This document shows, in pieces, positions 22,513 through 34,458 of a stretch of DNA of 64,000 nucleotides. The stretch comes from Lophium mytilinum. Taxonomy: Eukaryota. The notes below the pieces were generated by a model, which was not told where the DNA came from, ran no database searches, and was given only the letters and a program-made list of their open reading frames with translations. Position 1 is the stretch's first letter. Each line of letters starts with the position of its first letter. The position numbers and the translations under genes were made by a program. The stretch is from positions 62,001 through 126,000 of the forward strand of contig MU004195.1 in the NCBI GenBank assembly GCA_010093605.1. Reading direction: 5' to 3'.

Positions 22513-25004
22513 ATGACCAACGAAGCTCCGGACCCGCGGTCCTTCAATACGTGGGAAGATGCATTCCAATTTCCTGTCCCCGTCATCCGCAAGCTGGAGC
22601 TGCAGCTCCGCGCCAACGCCAATGAGAACCGCGAGAAGCTCCGGACTTTGGTGGGGTATGTTCAAGTCGACATGTAAACACAATGACCCATTGCTAACAG
22701 ATTCCTATAGAGCGAGTTATCGCGACCTCCTCGGTACGGCGGAGCGAATAGTTGAAATGGAAGAGCACATGCAACAGGTCGAGACAACTCTTGGGAAAGT
22801 TGGACAGAAGTGCAACTCGCGCGCTGTGGATCGCATTGCAAACAATTACTCAAGATTGGATAGACAATGGAGGGCTCGCGGTTGGTCTCTCCGCTATAAA
22901 CACGATCTAAGAGGGCTGGTGGAGTTGACACGAATACACAGACCAGGACAGATACGCCTTCGCGTCACAAATGGCCGTTCTCCAAAGCTGTCCGAATGTA
23001 ATGACTCGGTTATTGAAGAAGAAGGGCTCGTCCCTACTCATTGCCAAAATCCTTGTCATGTCCCGATTGCTACACAAATCTCTCTCCCAATCGACGAATA
23101 AACCTCCATACGTGGACCAGATTCGAGATCAACTAGCATCCTTGCGCGGACGGCTATTACGTCGAATCGACAAGCAACTGTCGAGCCCCGCGGCTGATAT
23201 CTCTATACTTGTTGAAAATATGTGCGCATTCGCTCTAGCCACAAGTTCCACCCCGACAGATGTTTTACGGCATTTCCACGGCGTCCGAAAGGATGCTATT
23301 GCCGATTCATTCGAGCATGAAGAAAATGTTCAAGGTTTTATCTTGAAGGCATTGAAACTCTGCGTGAAAACGCTACAGGACACTCAGGCCATCTTCCCGC
23401 GGCGACTGGCAGATTCGTTGGCAAAGCTCAAATTACAGCCGCTCATGCGCGACCCTGAGATTAGGAACATAACCGAACTCAACCTAGATATCCATGAGCG
23501 GTGGCTATCGGATGAGGCCCGGAACTATACTCCCTGGCCGCGTCATGATGAACTTCAAAGAGCTGAGGCGGAAAAATTACTCAAAACTTGGGCCAAGGAC
23601 GCAATATCAGTATTTTTGAAAAACACGAAGACAGCTCTTTCACGTGTGGAAGACCTCAGAGCAGTAGCGGCGCTGAGGAAAGAGCTCTTTGAAACGTGGC
23701 TGGCCTCAGGCAATAGGGTACCTGGGCTAAAGTCTTCGGCCGTGCTCGATGACCTACGAGATGTGATAAACGCGCAATTGAGCACAATAGTAAGCAAACG
23801 AGCTGGAGAACTTAAAAGGGTATCTTCCGCTATCGCAACAATACTGGAGCGATGGCCTGTTGACGAGACCAATACGAACACAAGCCTTTGGAACACGACA
23901 ACGTCCTCGTTGGACATTGGCGCGGGTGCCGAAACATTCAAGAACGGCATCCTAACTAGAACCCATGGCAGAACGGAGCTCGTCCAACGAGTGGTAGCTG
24001 CCTATGAAACCTGGACCGGTCAGGTATTGGAAGTCAGAAGTATCCTCAAAGAGATGATAGACGTCCGGTGGGACAACGATCTCGGGGATGATTCTGCTGA
24101 CTCCGACGATGAGTTTGGCCTTGACTCAAAGCAAGGCATTTTGAGCGAAGATGACCCTCGTAAGATTGACGAAGCGATGCAAGAGGCATTGTCAAAAGCG
24201 ATGTCTGAATTACAAAAACGCGTGGAAGGCCTGATTACTGAACTGGCGGCTGATGCGCAAGTCGATGCGATGACGCAGGCCATATTCCTGGTTCGAGTTC
24301 TTCGAGAAATTACGGACCGTCATTCGCGGCTAGCCCTTCGAAGTCGTGGTAAAGATTCGGACTTTCGTCCGTTCAGCTCCAGCTTGATCGAACCATTGCA
24401 TTTGATCGTCACAAACAACGTACTGAAATCTCCCCTCAGCACGTACAAAAGTAGACTCGACAAGTCGGCTTCTTCAAAGGTTACCCGAGGCCGGATACTA
24501 TGGGAGGGGAACCCACAGCTGCCTGTGCAACCATCGCCGAGTACGTTCAGGTTCCTACACGACCTCAATCAAGAAATGGGGCGATATGGAGGCGACCTTT
24601 GGGCGCCGGGTGCTGTTCGAACCATTAAACGCGTCGGTAGTAAGAAGTTATGTGAAGTACTGAAAACTTCGGTTGATATGGTCACCTCTCGGCCAGTCTC
24701 TTCGCCTAGGGAAGAGACGACCACACCCACGCCCGACGAAAATGGGGTTGCAGTAGAGAACGTCGTGTACGCAGACACCGATGTGAAGAAGGACAAAGCC
24801 GTGCAGTTGCTCTTTGATATTCTCTATCTACAGCGCTGCGTTGGGTTATCTGATCACAGCATTCCTACGCAGGCGAATTTTGAACCGCTGCTGGACACGT
24901 TGTCGACTGCAGCGAGTCTTGATTCAGTCGCACGGGAGAAACTTGCGAAGAGCGCAACCGATTATCGGAAGAGAACTTATCTGCTCTTTGCGCTGCTATC
25001 GTAG
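22513..25004 (+). CDS. COG1: Conserved oligomeric Golgi complex subunit 1 (Vps51/Vps67 N-terminal domain)
   Basis: MTNEAPDP..WEDAFQFPVP..EKLRTLVG/ASYRDLLGTAERI (Vps51 domain) across an intron at ~22657; second intron ~22881-22941; C-terminal LWEGNPQLPVQPSP, QLLFD, YRKRTYLLFALL. Confidence 0.85.
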
Positions 25005-25205
25005 AAAAATGAGACTTCATATTAGGTTTCCTATCTTGTCTTGGTTTGCCTTGCTTGCGTGCTTTGGTGGAGTATTGCAAACTCTTCAAATGAATATTGA
25101 GCACCAGCAACCCAACATAACGAGCAGCTCCTGACACCGCCTCATCGCCGCATTTCCGAAGCACGTTTTCCCCGTTTCGTGCAGGGTTTAAAAAAAATTC
25201 AAGAT

Positions 25206-25304
25206 GTCCGGCGCCGAGGATCGAACTCGGGACTCCCACGCCCATTCCAGCTCGGCCTAGGGCCTTGCCCGGGGGGGTATTATAACCAACTAAACTACAC
25301 CGGA
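25206..25304 (-). tRNA. Atypical intron-containing tRNA-like gene, apparent anticodon GGG (Pro), C33; possibly a pseudo-tRNA
   Basis: TCCGGTG/CGCCGGA acceptor stem fully paired, A-box TAGTTTAGTTGG, T-arm CCGAG-TTCGATC-CTCGG, 26-nt intron after position 37, T-run terminator at ~25190-25197; one anticodon-stem mismatch. Confidence 0.7.
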
Positions 25305-25785
25305 TTGACTGAGAGTGGAATTAAATAGTAAGAAGAAGTGATTGCAGAGAGACTTCACAAGCAGCCACGAGTTCTTTCGTGAATGAGTTTTATATCAAAG
25401 GAGTTCAGACGCCTATCTTCCTCTTGTCTACGGAATTTGTGGCCAACCAAAATACCTTTCCACTCTATTTTAAAAGTCATACGCAGGTGCACATGGACGA
25501 ACACTTCATCTGCTTTACGCAACACCACAAAGCCAGCCCAGATGCTGTTCCAGGGCCAGGAACAAGCACTCCGACGATATGCTACCCCTCCGATTCTAAT
25601 ATGAAAGAAAATACCCTCGATGTCCGGGTCTCTTAGGCTAGCTTTAGCCATCCTTCGCAGAATTATATCTGCTCTAATAGCACTGACCAGTAGAAAAGGA
25701 ATGTATTCCGACAAAGATATATCTCCATGCCCTGGGATACAATATTACAATACCATTTGCAAGCCAAAAAAGCAATGCTGGATAT

Positions 25786-25866
25786 GTCCGGCGCCACGAA
25801 TCGAACTTGGGTCTCCCCAGTAACTCATGATAAAGGCAGGGAATTCTACCACTAGACTACACTAGT
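25786..25866 (-). tRNA. Degenerate tRNA-like gene, same 3' body as its neighbour, apparent anticodon TTT, C33; likely pseudogene
   Basis: ACTAGTG TA GTCTAGTGGTAGAAT T CCCTG CC TTT A [10-nt intron] C TGGGG AGAC CCAAG TTCGATT CGTGG CGCCGGA C; acceptor stem partly unpaired; T6 terminator ~15-20 nt downstream. Confidence 0.6.
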
Positions 25867-26087
25867 TCAAAGACGACATGAAATAGAAATGGTAAGAGTA
25901 GCACAGTTCAAGGAAGTAAAAAAAAGTCTGTGAAATTACGATCAATAATAATCAGTGTGCGATACGCGGCGTTACGGCACAGCACCGCTCGCTTTGGCAT
26001 TCAGTTCATTACTACACTTCAACACTACGACCGTTTAGATTACATCTATTGCTCCATCTCTTGACCAATTTATTCTCCTTTGTATCT

Positions 26088-27756
26088 TCAAGCAACCACA
26101 TCCGTCTCTTCTTTTCTCTGCACACCCCGCTCCGTATCCTCTGACTTCTCTGGCACAGCCACTTGCTTCCCTTCCAAATTCTCCGGCAGCGCCCCATTCG
26201 CCCTCTCGCCAAACAGCAGATCAATCTCCTCGAGGCTCAGCCTCGTAGTCTCCTTGAAGAAGAAGAAGATCGTCGGGAACGTGACGCAGACGTTAAAAGC
26301 AGCAAAGACGAAATAAAACTTCCACTTGATAGCGCCCAGCCCCCTCGGACTAACTTGACTCCAAATAGTGGAGACAAGCCAGTTTCCGATACCGGTCGCG
26401 AAAGCGGACCCGCGCCCACGGATCTGGAATGGCATGATCTCGCTGGCGTAGACCCAGGAAATGGGGCCGAATGAGAAGCTGAAGATGGTGGTGACGCAGA
26501 AGAGGAAGAAGACGCCGGCGATGGAGAGGCTGTTTCTGCGCGCTCCTGTGGCGTGCTCGACTTGAGAACCGATGACTGCTTCGCAAACGAGAGCGATGGT
26601 GATGAGAACGGTTCCGATGAGGAGAGGTCGGCGACGACCCACGCGGTCGAGAAGCGTGGTGATGAAGATAAAGTTGCCGATTGGGCCGACGCAGTTGTAG
26701 ATGCCGGTGACGAGAAGGCTACGACCGCCTGTTATTCCGAGGTTCTCGTACATGACTGTTTGGTAGTAGCCGATGACGTTGATTCTACGGAGGTGTTAGT
26801 GGAAAGCTGGGGGAGAGTGGTGCGAGGGAGAGCGTACCCAGTCATTTGAGTGAAGACTTGGACGAGCACCGCATGCGTTAGTCGTACCCGCCAGGGCCTG
26901 ACTTTGAACATGATCAGCCAACCCGGCGCGGTGAGAGCTTTCTCAGCATCGATGGTGAGCTTGATTTCGTTGTATTCGGATTGAATCCAGTCGTCGTTGT
27001 GCCCGTCGTAGTGAAGTTTCCTTAGTACACGCATGGCTTCGTCGCCGCGATCTTTCTCCATCAACCACCTGGGAGATTCGGGCAAGAAGAAAAGACCTAG
27101 GACAAGGAGAACGCCGGGAATGGCCTGAAAGCCAAGAGGGAATCGCCACGAGAAAGCGCTGGTCTTGGGGACTTTGGACGAGCCGTAGCCGACCCAGGTG
27201 GACACGATGAAACCGACACCAATCATCTGTTGTGTAATACCGACGATGAGACCTATAGGTCGTTAGTGTGGTTCCAGCCCGCCAGGATGATTTGTAGTAC
27301 CTCTAGTCTTTGGATGAGCACATTCGGATTGATACACAGGAACTGACATGGACATCAATCCGACAGCCCAGCCTGCGAAGATTCTGCCGACTAAGATCAT
27401 TCCAAGATTGCGAGCACCGCACTGAAGACAGGCTCCAATAACGTTGATAGCAGCTCCTATCTGCACCGTCCGTCTTCTTCCTAACCGATCCATCGTAAAC
27501 CCTCCCCTGGTATCGTCAGCTCCAAGAACTTCGCGAGGTAGGCAATATATATTACTCACATCAACGACCCGAACACCGCACCACCACTAAACGTCGAATT
27601 TATTGCCCCGATAATATCAGAATTTGGGTTTGTGTTGAAGAACCACAGAAAATGTGGCGATTGGATGACATCTGTCATGACACCAGAGTCATATCCGAAG
27701 AGGAATGCCCCGGTGCCTGCAAATATGGCTAGGAGGATATTGAATGCTAGCCCCAT
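26088..27756 (-). CDS. MFS sugar porter (4 exons)
   Basis: FLFGYDSG, DRLGRR, PVYQSE..PKTRG, PESPRWL, DRVGRR, GPISWVYASE, KETTRLSLEEID. Confidence 0.93.
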
Positions 27757-28020
27757 AATTGATAGCTCTTGTGGTCAATGAGACTTGAAAGATGAGTGGA
27801 GAAAGCTCCTGCACCGAGGAAACGGGCCTAGATATAGCCCTGAGCACACCGCCCCAGAAAAGCTTTCTCGAGCCGCGGAACATCACGCTGCCTACCGGGC
27901 GCCCGGCACGACTCTTCCATTCCATCTCTCACGAGCCGGGTCTCGCGAGAAGCGAGGAGGAGGTTGTGACCATGTCATGCCATGATTGGAGAACCCCGGC
28001 GTACACTAGGCCGCAGCTCA

Positions 28021-28497
28021 GGCTAAAGTCGAGTCAGACCTGGGGAAGCGTTACGGGATGCGGCAGGGCAGACCTGGAAAACGGTTAATGGGAATGTGGG
28101 GTGAGGAGGTCCCGGATTTGTTTTGTCGCGAGATGTTTGCAAAGTGATCGGCGAAGGGGTTGGAGCGGAGACAGGGGAATCCTATTTCCAGCAATCAGAG
28201 GAGGTGTGAGATGCTTGGCACCCAACTTCAATTCTCTCTTCAATGACACTTCATCCAAAACCTTCCTGAATATTTCGAAAAGTGTGGATTTTGCATCTTG
28301 CAACAAAGTGGGAAGATTCATGAAAACGTGAGAAAATGGGATGCAATCACGCGCTCTTGAGCGATTTACAGCAGGCCCTCCTCGTACGTCCGGTGGCCTA
28401 GTCTAGATGTGAGGCCACGAGCTCACGATGCAGAACTAGAGCGCGGGGCCGGGAGCATGGCCTATTCTTGGACTGAAGATTAACGTTGCCGGCTAAA
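28021..28497 (+). promoter_or_regulatory. Two XlnR-type GGCTAAA sites (28021-28027, 28491-28497) plus CreA-type SYGGRG sites in the sugar-porter promoter
   Basis: ggctaaa twice, the second as CGGCTAAA; ctgggg ~28040, gtgggg ~28096, ccccag ~27852. Confidence 0.45.
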
Positions 28498-28728
28498 TCT
28501 GCTACAGGCACGATTTTGAAAGCGTCCATTTCGCTTATATTGCCCCTATTGGACAAACATTTTATGGCATGATTCCCGTGCTAGGCCAATGGACGTGTAA
28601 GGGTCCTGTATCACGAGAAAAGAAAAAGCTTCGACACACGTTACCTACTACCGGGTTCTCGGATAATGTCGTTATTCACGCTATTGCTCTTCAAGATTAC
28701 ACTTTTCTAGCCGAGGTGTCCTCGTGCA

Positions 28729-29145
28729 CCCCCCGAGGAATTTGAAAATCTAAAGGTGATATCCAGTTTCAAGTATTGTAGATTCGACTGCCATTTGAAT
28801 ACTAGCTCCTTAGCAGCCAAGATACCCCCTACAGTGGTGTCAAGTGAGCAATATTGAAGCTAATTAGTGACAGATCTGTGTGCACAGATTCATAGCTTGG
28901 TACTGTATAGTGACAGGCCATGAGTCTGTGCACACTACTTCGGCTCTGCTTGGGGCATCCCCCAAGGACTTCGATGATCCAAAGGCGATGCCGAGTTTCA
29001 AGCAGTGCAGATTAGACTGCCTCTTGACTAATGAGCTCATTAAAAGCTAGGTTACCCCTATAGTGGTGTCTAGTGAGCAACACTGAAGCCAAGCAGTGCC
29101 AAATCTGTGTGCTTATACGTATGGCCTATCACCGTGCAACACGGC
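28729..29145. repeat. Degenerate tandem duplication, period ~229 bp
   Basis: cccc.agga.tt.ga..atc.aaagg.gat..agtttcaag...agtggtgtc.agtgagcaa.a.tgaagc...atctgtgtgc occurs at ~28729-28915 and ~28958-29145. Confidence 0.8.
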
Positions 29146-29245
29146 GACACGATAGAGTTATGCAGCCCTATCATTGATTCAATCATGGAAGAATCGATCA
29201 ATGAATTATGCAACCTATTCCATGCTAAACTTGTCGGCTAGCTCC

Positions 29246-30418
29246 TCAAATATCCACCCAACGCAATTGAACATACTGAACCAAACCCATGCACATCAGC
29301 CCCAGGAGCCACATACTAATAGCCATAAGCCCCCTTCCCCAGTCTCTCAAAGCCCCATCCACCCACCTCACCACATTACCGAAGCCCAGCGCCAGAACCA
29401 ACGACGCAACCGCTACAAACGAAGTAAAGAGACTCTCATACACCCTCAATCGCCTCAGAGCCCAGCCCTCCAGATCCCGCGCCACCATTCCCTCCTGAAT
29501 CTGCCTCAACCCCTGTATGATCTCCCCAATCTCTCTCATCTCCCTCAAACGTTCATTCGCATGGTCCACCTGCTGTCGCTGCTGTCCCAGAACCTCTTGC
29601 TCCCGAGCGAGTTCCTGCTCTCTCCTCTGCCTCTCCACGTCCTCGTCCATCAGGCGTCGCAGTCGCTGTCGTTCTCTAGCCGCTCGCTCCCGAACTCCGT
29701 CAAACCCGTCCTCTACCCTCTGCCTCACCGGTTCCGCCTCCCTCAGATCTCCAATCTCTTGTCGTTGTGCTTGCACCTCCTGCTCCTGATCCCCTCCCTG
29801 CTCCACCCCTACCCTCTCCTCCTCCGCATCCATCGCCTCTCGCAATACCAGCAGCTGATCCAACAGTCCGCGAACCCGCCTCTGCGCCCCCTCGTCCGCA
29901 CCACCAGGGCGCTGCAACCGCTGCTCCATCCGCAGCTCCGCGACGTCCGCATCAAGCCCTTCCCGCAAACGCTGCTGATTGACACCCAGCTCCAACAACT
30001 CCCGCAACTCCTCCATATTCCGCGGCGGCCACTGCACACGCGGCCGTACCACCACCCCCTCCCCGGCAAGCGCCGGAGCCCGGCGAGGGTTCGCGTTCCC
30101 CTCAGGTGCGAATAGCACGACGCGGCAGAACATGCAGCGGTTCGGGCGCGCGGGGGTGTCGAGCCAGCGCCGGAGGCAGGGCTCGCCGAAGATGTGGTTG
30201 CAGGGGAGGATGCGGACGGCGTTGTGGGGGATGGGGTGTTGCTGGAGGAGGGCTTCGGGGGGTGGGATGGCGGCGGCGGGGTCGGGGGTGTATTCTTCGT
30301 GGCAGATGGGGCAGGTGGGCCCGCGGAAGGGGTCGGTTGGGAGGGAGGGTTGGAGCATGTGGGCGAGGAAGTGGGTTTTGGAGGGGAGGGCGGGGGGTGG
30401 GATGAGTGGGGCGGCCAT
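29246..30418 (-). CDS. RING-finger (C3HGC3) + coiled coil + two C-terminal TM helices; putative membrane-anchored E3 ligase, ~390 aa
   Basis: CPICHEEY...CNHIFGEPCLRRW...CMFCR; E/R/Q-rich coil; FVAVASLVLALGFG and LMAISMWLLGLMCMGLVQY. Start taken as MAAPLIPP (30418); the longer ORF start is less likely. Confidence 0.82.
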   Translation of the reverse strand: MAAPLIPPPALPSKTHFLAHMLQPSLPTDPFRGPTCPICHEEYTPDPAAAIPPPEALLQQHPIPHNAVRILPCNHIFGEPCLRRWLDTPARPNRCMFCRVVLFAPEGNANPRRAPALAGEGVVVRPRVQWPPRNMEELRELLELGVNQQRLREGLDADVAELRMEQRLQRPGGADEGAQRRVRGLLDQLLVLREAMDAEEERVGVEQGGDQEQEVQAQRQEIGDLREAEPVRQRVEDGFDGVRERAARERQRLRRLMDEDVERQRREQELAREQEVLGQQRQQVDHANERLREMREIGEIIQGLRQIQEGMVARDLEGWALRRLRVYESLFTSFVAVASLVLALGFGNVVRWVDGALRDWGRGLMAISMWLLGLMCMGLVQYVQLRWVDI

Positions 30419-31061
30419 TTGGGGTTGTAGGGGTGCTTTGTGGGACTGGGGGGTGCGGTTGATGATGGAAGTTCTGGGGGTGGTAGGGGTTGAGGCGTGG
30501 GCTTTTGTAGGTAGGGCTTTCTGTGGGCATGTGAAGTCTGCGGTAGACGACGAAAGCTGTGGAGAAGATGAGGCTCTGAGGTATGAGAGATTATGAAGGC
30601 GGAAATGTTGTTGATGTAGATGTGAAGAAGAGACACTAATGCTGCTGGATTCGGGAATGACGTGTCCATACTGATGTTGGCGTGCCTTATCTTCACGGTG
30701 GTGAGCATAAAATGTACTCGCGGAACCATGAAAGATGATGGCAGCCATCAGTAGGGCGTAGCGTTCACGTGGCTCTATCAAGAGTGAAGGCGCAAAAGCC
30801 GTTTGTGGTTGGAAAAAGACTACCTCCTGAAGTAACCGAAAAAGACTGCCCCCCAAGTGCCTTGCTCTATTGCATCTAGAACCATTGAGACTTGACACTC
30901 TTTATGACACTCCTTGGCCTAAACCTATTTGCGAGCAAGCGTCGGCGCCGATACCTCGATACAGGAGGGACATGTTGCTCGCCGCAATGGTCGTGTGATT
31001 TCCGAGAGCAACTCGAAGAGGAAAGGAAATCCGGGTGCCGATGAAGCGCAAGTGTTCGATA

Positions 31062-32240
31062 TCACTGTCGGAGCCAATGAATAGAGAACTGTACTACCTG
31101 TTGAATCAACATATCCTTCCAGCCACTAACACCATCTGTAAATCCGGGATCCGGCAGTGGAAACTGCCACGATTTGAGAAAACTCTTCTCCCAGCCCGTA
31201 CAAAAATAAAGAATGGTCCACAGTGAAGAGTATTTGTCCGCAAGGATGGTGAGTAGGACAATGACCACGTAGGCTGTGTGTTCATGCGGCTGAACGGCGA
31301 AATAATTATAGGTAGCACTGCCAGTATAGAACAGTTCATATAGGCGGTAGACCACATTCGCAACGTGATAGATGAGCTCAAATGACAAGCTTTTTAGGAG
31401 AGTCGCGATGCTCCAGCCGTGCAAAACAGCCTGAGATCTCCCGAGAGCAGAGACGATCAACGGGAGATGGAAAGTGGCTCCGTTTATGAAGAACTTGAGG
31501 CTGAAGAGGAGTTCTATTTGGCCGTAACTGTGTCGCTGGGCGATTCCCGTGAAGAAGTTCAGTGCCTCTGTGGCGGCGAAGAAAGGTGACACTGTCCAGA
31601 GGTACGCGTGGATTATCGCGTGGATTATATACCAAGCCCAACACGGAACCCAGAATAGAACATGGTGGTGAGTCCATGTGTAAGCACTATTGAATCGGCG
31701 ATACATGTTGTCCAGAAGGGTCCACGGCCACAGGAAAATACGAGCGGAATAGAGCCAGTTGAGAAAATCTCTCACAAGGAGTCTGATGAGCTGAAGGACA
31801 GTTGGCCTGAAAAGGCGCCTTGTGCACAGGGGCCACTGGAAAAACATGGGAAGGTTGTTCATCATCATTCGCAAGCAAGTGTCCCCATAAACATGGCCAC
31901 ACGGGATTTTCACGGCAATATGAACTCCACCGCCGGGGACGGCAGCAGGTTGGTTGTCGACGTAGTCGTCCCGAAGAATACTACAATCGGGTCCTCGCAT
32001 TGGGTCATTAAGGCCGGCGCGAACGATGTAGTTGTTGTTGACGTTCAGGAACTGTGCCTTGGTGGGGAGAGACCACCAGGGATTAAGGATTGCCAGATAC
32101 TGCGCCACGGTGGTAAGAGGCGTCCATCGATTGGCAGTTGCCACGATCCAGCCAGATAACCTAAACAACGGGTCAGCACGTTCAATTGTACTAACACCAA
32201 ATCGCTCTCATCAATGACTGTGGGCGTACCGTCGAAACAT
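31062..32240 (-). CDS. Degenerate RING (HxxG type) + multi-TM protein; possibly a decaying paralogue
   Basis: Micro-exon ATG TTT CGA CG (32240), intron, then the 32160-31062 ORF. CSIL..CGHVYGDTCL..WPLC has two Cys ligands replaced; C-terminal half is hydrophobic. Confidence 0.6.
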
Positions 32241-32396
32241 CCTCTAAACCGATGGACTACAGAAGAAATCTCAACTGAACGTCGATAGCTGCACAGCTCT
32301 TCGCCGGCTCCAAGAAGCGTATGTGGAGAAAGTACGGATGTTGAGCGTGACTAAGACAGATGAAAGCAGTGAAGCTAAAGCGATAGACCTTCACGG

Positions 32397-32473
32397 GATG
32401 AGTGATGAGTGATGAACGATGGACGATGAGAGATGAATGCGGATTGATGAGTGATGAGCGATAGAGCGATGAG
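32397..32473 (+). repeat. Imperfect heptamer repeat (GATGAGT/GATGAGC-like)
   Basis: gatgagtgatgagtgatgaacgatggacgatgagagatga...gatgagtgatgagcgatagagcgatgag. Confidence 0.6.
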
Positions 32474-33090
32474 TTGTTTTGGTTTGTCTCTGGCTTTCAT
32501 GAAAGACGGAAGAACAACGGCCAGCGGCGCTCCTTCTCTGCCTTTCTCTCGGGCCATACCACCACATCGAGGTAGTTGCGGTCGCAGAATCGAAGCAACG
32601 AGCCATTCTTATAAAGCAGGAACGAGTACAAGGTCTAGAATTGCGTTAGGAGGTTCTTCGGGGAGTTTCAACTGACGAGATAAGTCGATACTTACGAATA
32701 CAGCGGTGCAGCGTAAGTTCATCGCAGTTACTTTTAGCTACTGACTAGCAACGTGAGGTTAGTCCGACAACGTTAGGCTGGTAAGAAGTTCGCTGAGATG
32801 CTTTCAACGGTTCAATAGTTCAGAAACATGCATAGGTGACCAGGACTAACGAAGTCATCCGCTTCGAAACGTTCTGATCGGACGCAATATTCCCTGTTTC
32901 CAATGTCTTTTACCACACAAGGAGCTGGTTGAATACCAGCCATCTAGTACCAATCTCAATGAACCTGGAAGGTCCATGCAAGAAATAACGAACCTTATCA
33001 GTCACGAAAACTTACAGAGTCAACTACATGCAGTTTCGATTGGTAGACACGACATGCTCCCTCACAATCCCTTCTTCTACCCCCGCAGGT

Positions 33091-34458
33091 CTAAAACCCC
33101 TCGAGTGGATACTCCGTACTCTCAATCCTCTCCGGATACTTCACTCCCCCCTGCCGCCTCACCTCATCCATTGTCTCCATAATCACGATACTCTCTTCCC
33201 ACCCAAGCCCCTCGCTCTCCTTCTTCCCGTCTCTCAGACACCTTGCGCACTCATCTGCTTCCCAGAACATGCCGCGCCCTGGGATCTCATGCGTGACAAT
33301 TTCTTGCTTAAATGTTGCCGGAGACCCTGGCGTCGTAGAGGAGGCTGGAATCAAGGTGTATGTGGTTGGTCGGAAGGACAAGCCCGTGACTTGGATCTCG
33401 CCGAGGGTGCCCTGGATACGGATGGGAGCGCCAGCGGTGCCTTGGTAGTCGGGGTCGTGGGAGACCTGCAGGCGTGAGAATCGCGAAGGGATTGAGTGGA
33501 GGCGGACTTACGCGGATGTTCGTTGTAGCTATCCCGTGCGTGTTGTTTGGTGGGAAGGTCAGTATGATAGACGTCATCTCATCGCACCCTGTCTTCTCGT
33601 ACTTCGTCATCGACGACGCGACGATGGGGGCTTGGCGTTGACTCGGCGGTTGGAGGTGGTAGATAAATTGGAAGACCCAGGTCAGACTGTAGATACCCAC
33701 TGTCCATCGATGCTGTCAGCAACCCGCAGAAAAGAGAGAGATGCAAAGGGTAATGAGGTTGATCCCTCACAGTCCAATAACACGCCCCCCGCCAGGTCCA
33801 TGTTTACCATCCTATGCTCCGGCCCAAACTCCTTCTCGACATCTTTCTTGTAGCTAAGATCTGCAAACACCCTCTTGACGTCCCCAATCGTGCCCTTTTG
33901 GACGATCGACTGTAGTTCCTTCACCAGCGGGAAATATCTCGTCCACACTGCCTCCATGAGGAACACCCCCTTTTCTTTCGCAATCTGCACAAGTATCTTC
34001 GCTTGCGCTGCGTTCGTTGTAAATGCTTTCTCACACAAGACGTTCTTCCCGGCTTCAAGACATAGGCGCGCATTCTGATAGTGGTGAGAATGCGGAGTTG
34101 CGATGTAGATGATGTCGATATCCGGGTCTGTGACAAGCTCTTTGTAGGACGCGTAAGCTTTTGCAGTAGAGGGAACACCGCATTCTTGGAGAAATTTTGC
34201 GGCACGGTCGGAGGATGTGGAAGAAGCAGCGGCGACGACGGAGTGGCGGATGTCGGTTGCGTTGCGGGTTGCTGGGTCGATGAGGAGGTCTTTGGTGAAG
34301 GCTGTAGGGGTCAGAGCTGAGTAAAAAGAAAGATGGTCCTTGTATTACTCTGAGCTATCCCTCCCGTTGCTACTTGATGTCAGTGAAGGGATTGAGCTGT
34401 TGTAGTGGTGTGATATACCTAGTATTCCCCACCGTATGGTGTAAAGATTTGAGACCAT
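33091..34458 (-). CDS. Gfo/Idh/MocA oxidoreductase (dimeric dihydrodiol / NADP D-xylose dehydrogenase-like), multi-exon
   Basis: Spliced MVSNLYTIRWGIL/ATGGIAQ/TFTKDLLIDP; IYIATPHSHH, VLCEKAFT, FLMEAVWTRYFP, LAGGVLLD/LGIYSLTW, GMFWEADE. Confidence 0.9.

Noticed and set aside
25355..25714. 119-aa ORF between the tRNA-like genes
   Set aside because: Non-ATG start and no recognisable motif.
29174..30729. Long overlapping ORFs (313, 306 and 205 aa)
   Set aside because: Shadow frames of the GC-skewed RING gene.
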